DNA of 64,000 nt from assembly GCA_963742615.1 (NCBI GenBank), contig CAVUMS010000006.1, forward strand, positions 38,877-102,876, given 5' to 3'. The notes under the pieces are model-generated. The model saw only the letters and a program-made list of their open reading frames with translations. It ran no database searches and was not told the origin of the DNA. This document shows, one piece after another, positions 61,108-64,000 of the stretch (position 1 is its first letter; every line of letters starts with the position of its first letter). This DNA comes from an uncultured Thermoleophilia bacterium. GTDB taxonomy: Bacteria > Actinomycetota > Thermoleophilia > Gaiellales > Gaiellaceae. The translations under genes and the position numbers were made by a program.

Positions 61108-61892
61108 TGGCGGGCACGGCCTCCTACTCGCAGTCGCTCGAGCGCGGGCTCGCAATCCTCTCCGCCTTCCGATCGGGCCGCCCGACCTCGGGATCTCCGA
61201 CCTCGCCCGCGAGCTCGGGCTCGGCCGCTCGACCACCCACCGCTACGTCGCCACGCTCGCTTCGCTCGGCTACCTGCAGCAGGACCGGACGACGCGGAAG
61301 TACCGGCTCGGGCCGCGCGTGCTCGACCTCGGCTTCTCGGCGATCAACTCGATGGAGCTGCGCGAGCTCGCCGCGCCGCACCTCCAGCAGTTGAGCGACG
61401 AGACCGGCTTCACCGTGAACATGGCGATCCTCGACGGCGTCGACATCGTCTACGTCGAGCGCTGCCGGAGCTCGCGGCGTCGCCCAGCGCGAGATCGACC
61501 TCAACCTTCACGTCGGCTCGCGCATGCCGGCGTACTGCACGTCGATGGGGAAGGTGCTGCTCGCGTTCCTCGAGCCGGGCGAGCGCGAGGCGATGCTCGA
61601 CCGCTCGACGCTCGCTCGCCGCGGGCCGAACACGCTCACGACACGGAAGGCGCTACGCGCCGAGCTCGATCGCGTGCGTCACGACGGGTTCGCGATCAAC
61701 AACGAGGAGCTCGCCTACGGGCTGCGCTCGATCGCCGCGCCGGTGCGGCAGAGCGACGGAGCGGTCGCCTCGGCGGTGAACCTCGCCGTGCACAGCTCGA
61801 TGGTCTCGATGCAGGAGCTCGTCGCGCGACTCACGCCGGCGCTGCTGCAGACGGCGGCCGAGATCTCGGCGCGGACGGGCTACAGGCCCTAG
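61107..61892 (+). pseudogene. IclR family transcriptional regulator (PcaR/PobR-like by context), two frameshifts
   Basis: MAGTASYSQSLERGLAILSAF (ORF 60825..61394) is followed by the HTH block LGISDLARELGLGRSTTHRYVATLASLGYLQQD..YRLGPRVLDLGF..LAAPHLQQLSDETGFTVNMAILDGVDIVYVER (ORF 61100..61924). The effector domain is MPAYCTSMGKVLLAFL..GFAINNEELAYGLRSIAAPV (ORF 61524..61892). Frame changes lie near 61170 and 61480. Confidence 0.8.
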
Positions 61893-61893
61893 T

Positions 61894-62334
61894 TCAGCGG
61901 GCCGAGATGTACTCGGTCAGGTAGCGGACCTGGAAGCTCTGCTCCTCCGACTGCAGCCGCACCAGGTCGCCGATCGAGACCATCCCGGCGAGCTCCCCGC
62001 CGTCCGCGACGACGGGAATGTGGCGGATGCGGCGGTCGGTCATCAGCGCCATCGCCTCCTCGACGGTGGTCTCGGGCGTGATCACGACCACCGGGGCCGT
62101 CATCACGTCGCGCACCGGGGTCTCGCGCTCGGCGAGTCCCTGGACGGCGACCCGGCGCAGGTAGTCGCGCTCGGTGAAGATGCCCTCGACGTCGTTGGCA
62201 TCGTTGCCGGTGACCAGCAGTGCGCCGACGTTCGCGTCCACCATCGCCTGCACCGCCTCGAGCACGGTCGAGTCGCCGTCGATCCTGATCACGTCGCCGC
62301 CTTTCTGCTCCAGGATCTTCGAGACGGCGGCCAT
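61894..62334 (-). CDS. CBS-domain pair protein
   Basis: Uninterrupted 146-codon reading frame from MAAVSKILEQKGGDVIRIDGDSTVLEAVQAMVDANVGALLV..VRDVMTAPVVVITPETTVEEAMALMTDRRIRHIPVV, within ORF 61894..63207. The start was set by codon count. Confidence 0.8.
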   Translation of the reverse strand: MAAVSKILEQKGGDVIRIDGDSTVLEAVQAMVDANVGALLVTGNDANDVEGIFTERDYLRRVAVQGLAERETPVRDVMTAPVVVITPETTVEEAMALMTDRRIRHIPVVADGGELAGMVSIGDLVRLQSEEQSFQVRYLTEYISAR

Positions 62335-62427
62335 CCTGGAACAATTCCGGTCGGCCCAACTCGTGTCAAGTCCCACATGCGACGGGGCGTTAGGTTTCGA
62401 GCGTGAGCAGCCGTCGAGATCCTGACC

Positions 62428-63372
62428 ATGGGACGCATCGGGGTCGACCTCTACCCCGAGCAGACCGGGGTGCACCTGGCGGACGTCCGGACGTTCCGGA
62501 AGATGCTCGGCGGCAGCGCGACGAATGTCGCGGTGGCGGCTGCCCGCTACGGCCGCAGGGTGGGCGTGATCACGAAGGTGGGCGACGACCCGTTCGGGCC
62601 GTACGCCCGGAAGGCGCTTGCCGAGTTCGGCGTCGACGCCTCCAGGGTCGGCACCCACCCCACGCTGCGGACCCCCGTCGTCTTCTGCGAGATCTTCCCG
62701 CCGGACAGCTTTCCGCTGCTCTTCTACCGCGAGCCGACGGCGCCGGACATGACGCTCGAGGCGGACGAGCTCGACCTCGACGAGATCGCCTCGGTGCCGC
62801 TCTTCTGGACGACGGGCACGGGCCTCTCGGCCGAGCCGAGCCGCTCGGCGACGCTCGCCGCGCTCGCCGCCCGCGGCCGGCGGGAGATCACGATCCACGA
62901 CCTCGACTACCGGGCCGGGTTCTGGAGCTCGGAGGAGGACGCGGGCCACTGGGGACGCGAGGCGGTGGCGCTGGCGACCGTCGCGGTCGGCGGCCGTGCC
63001 GAGGCGGCGCCGCTGGTCGGCGACCGCCCGCCCGAGGACACGGCCAGGGCGCTCCTCGACCTCGGCGTCTCGCTCGCGGTGGTCAAGCTCGGCCCCGAGG
63101 GCGTGCTCGCGGCGACCCAGGACGAGCTCGTGACCGTGCCGCCGGTCGCCGTCGAGGTGGTGAACGGGCTCGGTGCCGGCGATGCGTTCGGCGGCGCGCT
63201 CTGCCACGGGCTGCTGTCCGGCTGGGAGCTCGAGCGGACGCTCCGCTTCGCCAACGCCGCCGGCGCGCTGGTCGCCTCGCGGCTCGGGTGCGCCGACGAC
63301 ATGCCGACCGAGGACGAGGTCGACGCGCTCCTGGGCGCGGTGCCGGGCACCACGGTGCCCGGCACCGGTTGA
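62428..63372 (+). CDS. iolC: 5-dehydro-2-deoxygluconokinase (PfkB family)
   Basis: Uninterrupted 314-aa ORF (MGRIGVDLYPEQTGVHLADVRTFRKMLGGSATNVAVAAARYG..VVNGLGAGDAFGGAL). Confidence 0.8.
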   Translation: MGRIGVDLYPEQTGVHLADVRTFRKMLGGSATNVAVAAARYGRRVGVITKVGDDPFGPYARKALAEFGVDASRVGTHPTLRTPVVFCEIFPPDSFPLLFYREPTAPDMTLEADELDLDEIASVPLFWTTGTGLSAEPSRSATLAALAARGRREITIHDLDYRAGFWSSEEDAGHWGREAVALATVAVGGRAEAAPLVGDRPPEDTARALLDLGVSLAVVKLGPEGVLAATQDELVTVPPVAVEVVNGLGAGDAFGGALCHGLLSGWELERTLRFANAAGALVASRLGCADDMPTEDEVDALLGAVPGTTVPGTG

Positions 63373-63376
63373 CGGC

Positions 63377-64000
63377 GTGCACGTCGGGCTCGCCGGGGCC
63401 GGGCGGATGGGAGCGTTCCACGCGCGGACGCTGCAGACGCTGGAATCGGTCGACGCGCTGACGATCGCAGACCGCGATCCGGCGACTGCCCGGCGCGTCG
63501 CCGACGACGTCGGCGCGAACGCAGCGGATTCGCCGGAGGCGCTCGTCGCGGCGGGCGTCGACGCACTCGTGATCGCGGCGCCGACACCGGTGCACGCCTC
63601 GCTCCTCCGCCTGGCGGCCGCTGCCGGCGTGCCGGCGTTCTGCGAGAAGCCCGTCGCGCTCGAGCTCGCCGACCTGGACGCGGTGATCGCCGACGTCGAG
63701 CGCGCCGGAATCCTCGTGCAGGTCGGGTTCCAGCGCCGCTTCGACGCCGGCTACCGGCGGGCGCGCGAGGCGGTCGCGGCCGGCTCGCTCGGCACGCTCC
63801 TCGTCGTCCGGGCCGCGACCCACGACCCGGCGCCGCCGCCCGAGAGCTACATCGCGCGCTCCGGCGGCATCTTTCGCGACCTCCACATCCACGACCTCGA
63901 CGCGATTCGCTTCGTCACGGGCCTCGAGATTGGACGAGGTCTACGCCGACGGCTCGGTGCGGGCGACGCCATGGTTCGAGCAGCACGGCGACGTGGACGC
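63377..64000 (+). pseudogene. Gfo/Idh/MocA oxidoreductase (inositol 2-dehydrogenase-like), 3' partial, probable frameshift near 63931
   Basis: GTG 63377 lies 5 nt after the iolC stop and gives VHVGLAGAGRMGAFHARTL..VDALVIAAPTPVHASLLRLAAAAGVPAFCEKPVAL..VQVGFQRRFDAGY..GIFRDLHIHDLDAIRFVTGLEI. The expected continuation DEVYADGSVRATPWFEQHGDVD is in the next frame. The gene runs off the window. Confidence 0.7.

Noticed and set aside
1-64000. Programmed ribosomal frameshifting or transcriptional slippage as the explanation for the frame changes.
   Set aside because: There are far too many sites, up to about one per 140 nt. They show no shared slippery heptamer or downstream structure, and they fall at short G/C runs in unrelated genes.
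1-64000. CRISPR arrays, rRNA genes, IS elements, transposases, integrases or prophage genes.
   Set aside because: I saw no regularly spaced direct repeats, no rRNA-like conserved stretches, and no translation resembling DDE/HUH transposases, tyrosine or serine recombinases, or phage structural proteins in any of the listed ORFs.

Overview
The window is a very GC-rich chromosomal segment of actinobacterial type, densely coding on both strands. I found no rRNA, CRISPR array, transposase or integrase.

Content from left to right:
- 1-12.1 kb: a housekeeping block with a phosphoesterase, rluB, thioredoxin, scpAB, lgt, a TetR regulator and dnaE.
- 12.2-15.1 kb: a tRNA-Thr-like 3' fragment, followed by a wrecked PLD-helicase gene fused back to back with an HNH nuclease fragment.
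- 15.1-21.6 kb: a peptide-type ABC importer operon that ends in an AstE/M14-like gene.
- 21.6-27.2 kb: a divergent GntR-led cluster (PanE-like reductase, amidase, creatininase, SDR, M20 peptidase).
- 27.2-29.3 kb: a lower-GC islet carrying mazEF and a secreted HYR-domain protein.
- 29.3-37.3 kb: the giant NAD-glutamate dehydrogenase, an HExxH membrane protein and an M1 peptidase.
- 37.3-47.5 kb: pxpCBA, a TPR protein, a PAS-GAF histidine kinase, a cyclase-receiver protein, a metE-like gene and a zinc-ribbon/cyclase/AAA/TPR STAND protein.
- 47.5-61.9 kb: an approximately 13.5 kb co-directional aromatic-acid block (liv-type ABC importer, aryl-ADH, ALDH, pcaIJHGBDC, pobA) with a divergent IclR regulator.
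- 61.9-64.0 kb: a CBS protein and the start of an iol cluster.

The dominant oddity is that about two thirds of the genes can only be read by switching reading frame every 100-300 nt through +/-1 indels. The remaining genes, up to 3.3-4.7 kb of contiguous coding, have none, and the change from clean to disrupted falls on gene boundaries. This is either unevenly corrected indel error in the assembly or genuine gene-selective pseudogenisation, and it needs read-level checking.

All family calls come from motif recognition in the translations. No searches were run. Composite coordinates for frameshifted genes are approximate at the ends, except where anchored to the ORF track.
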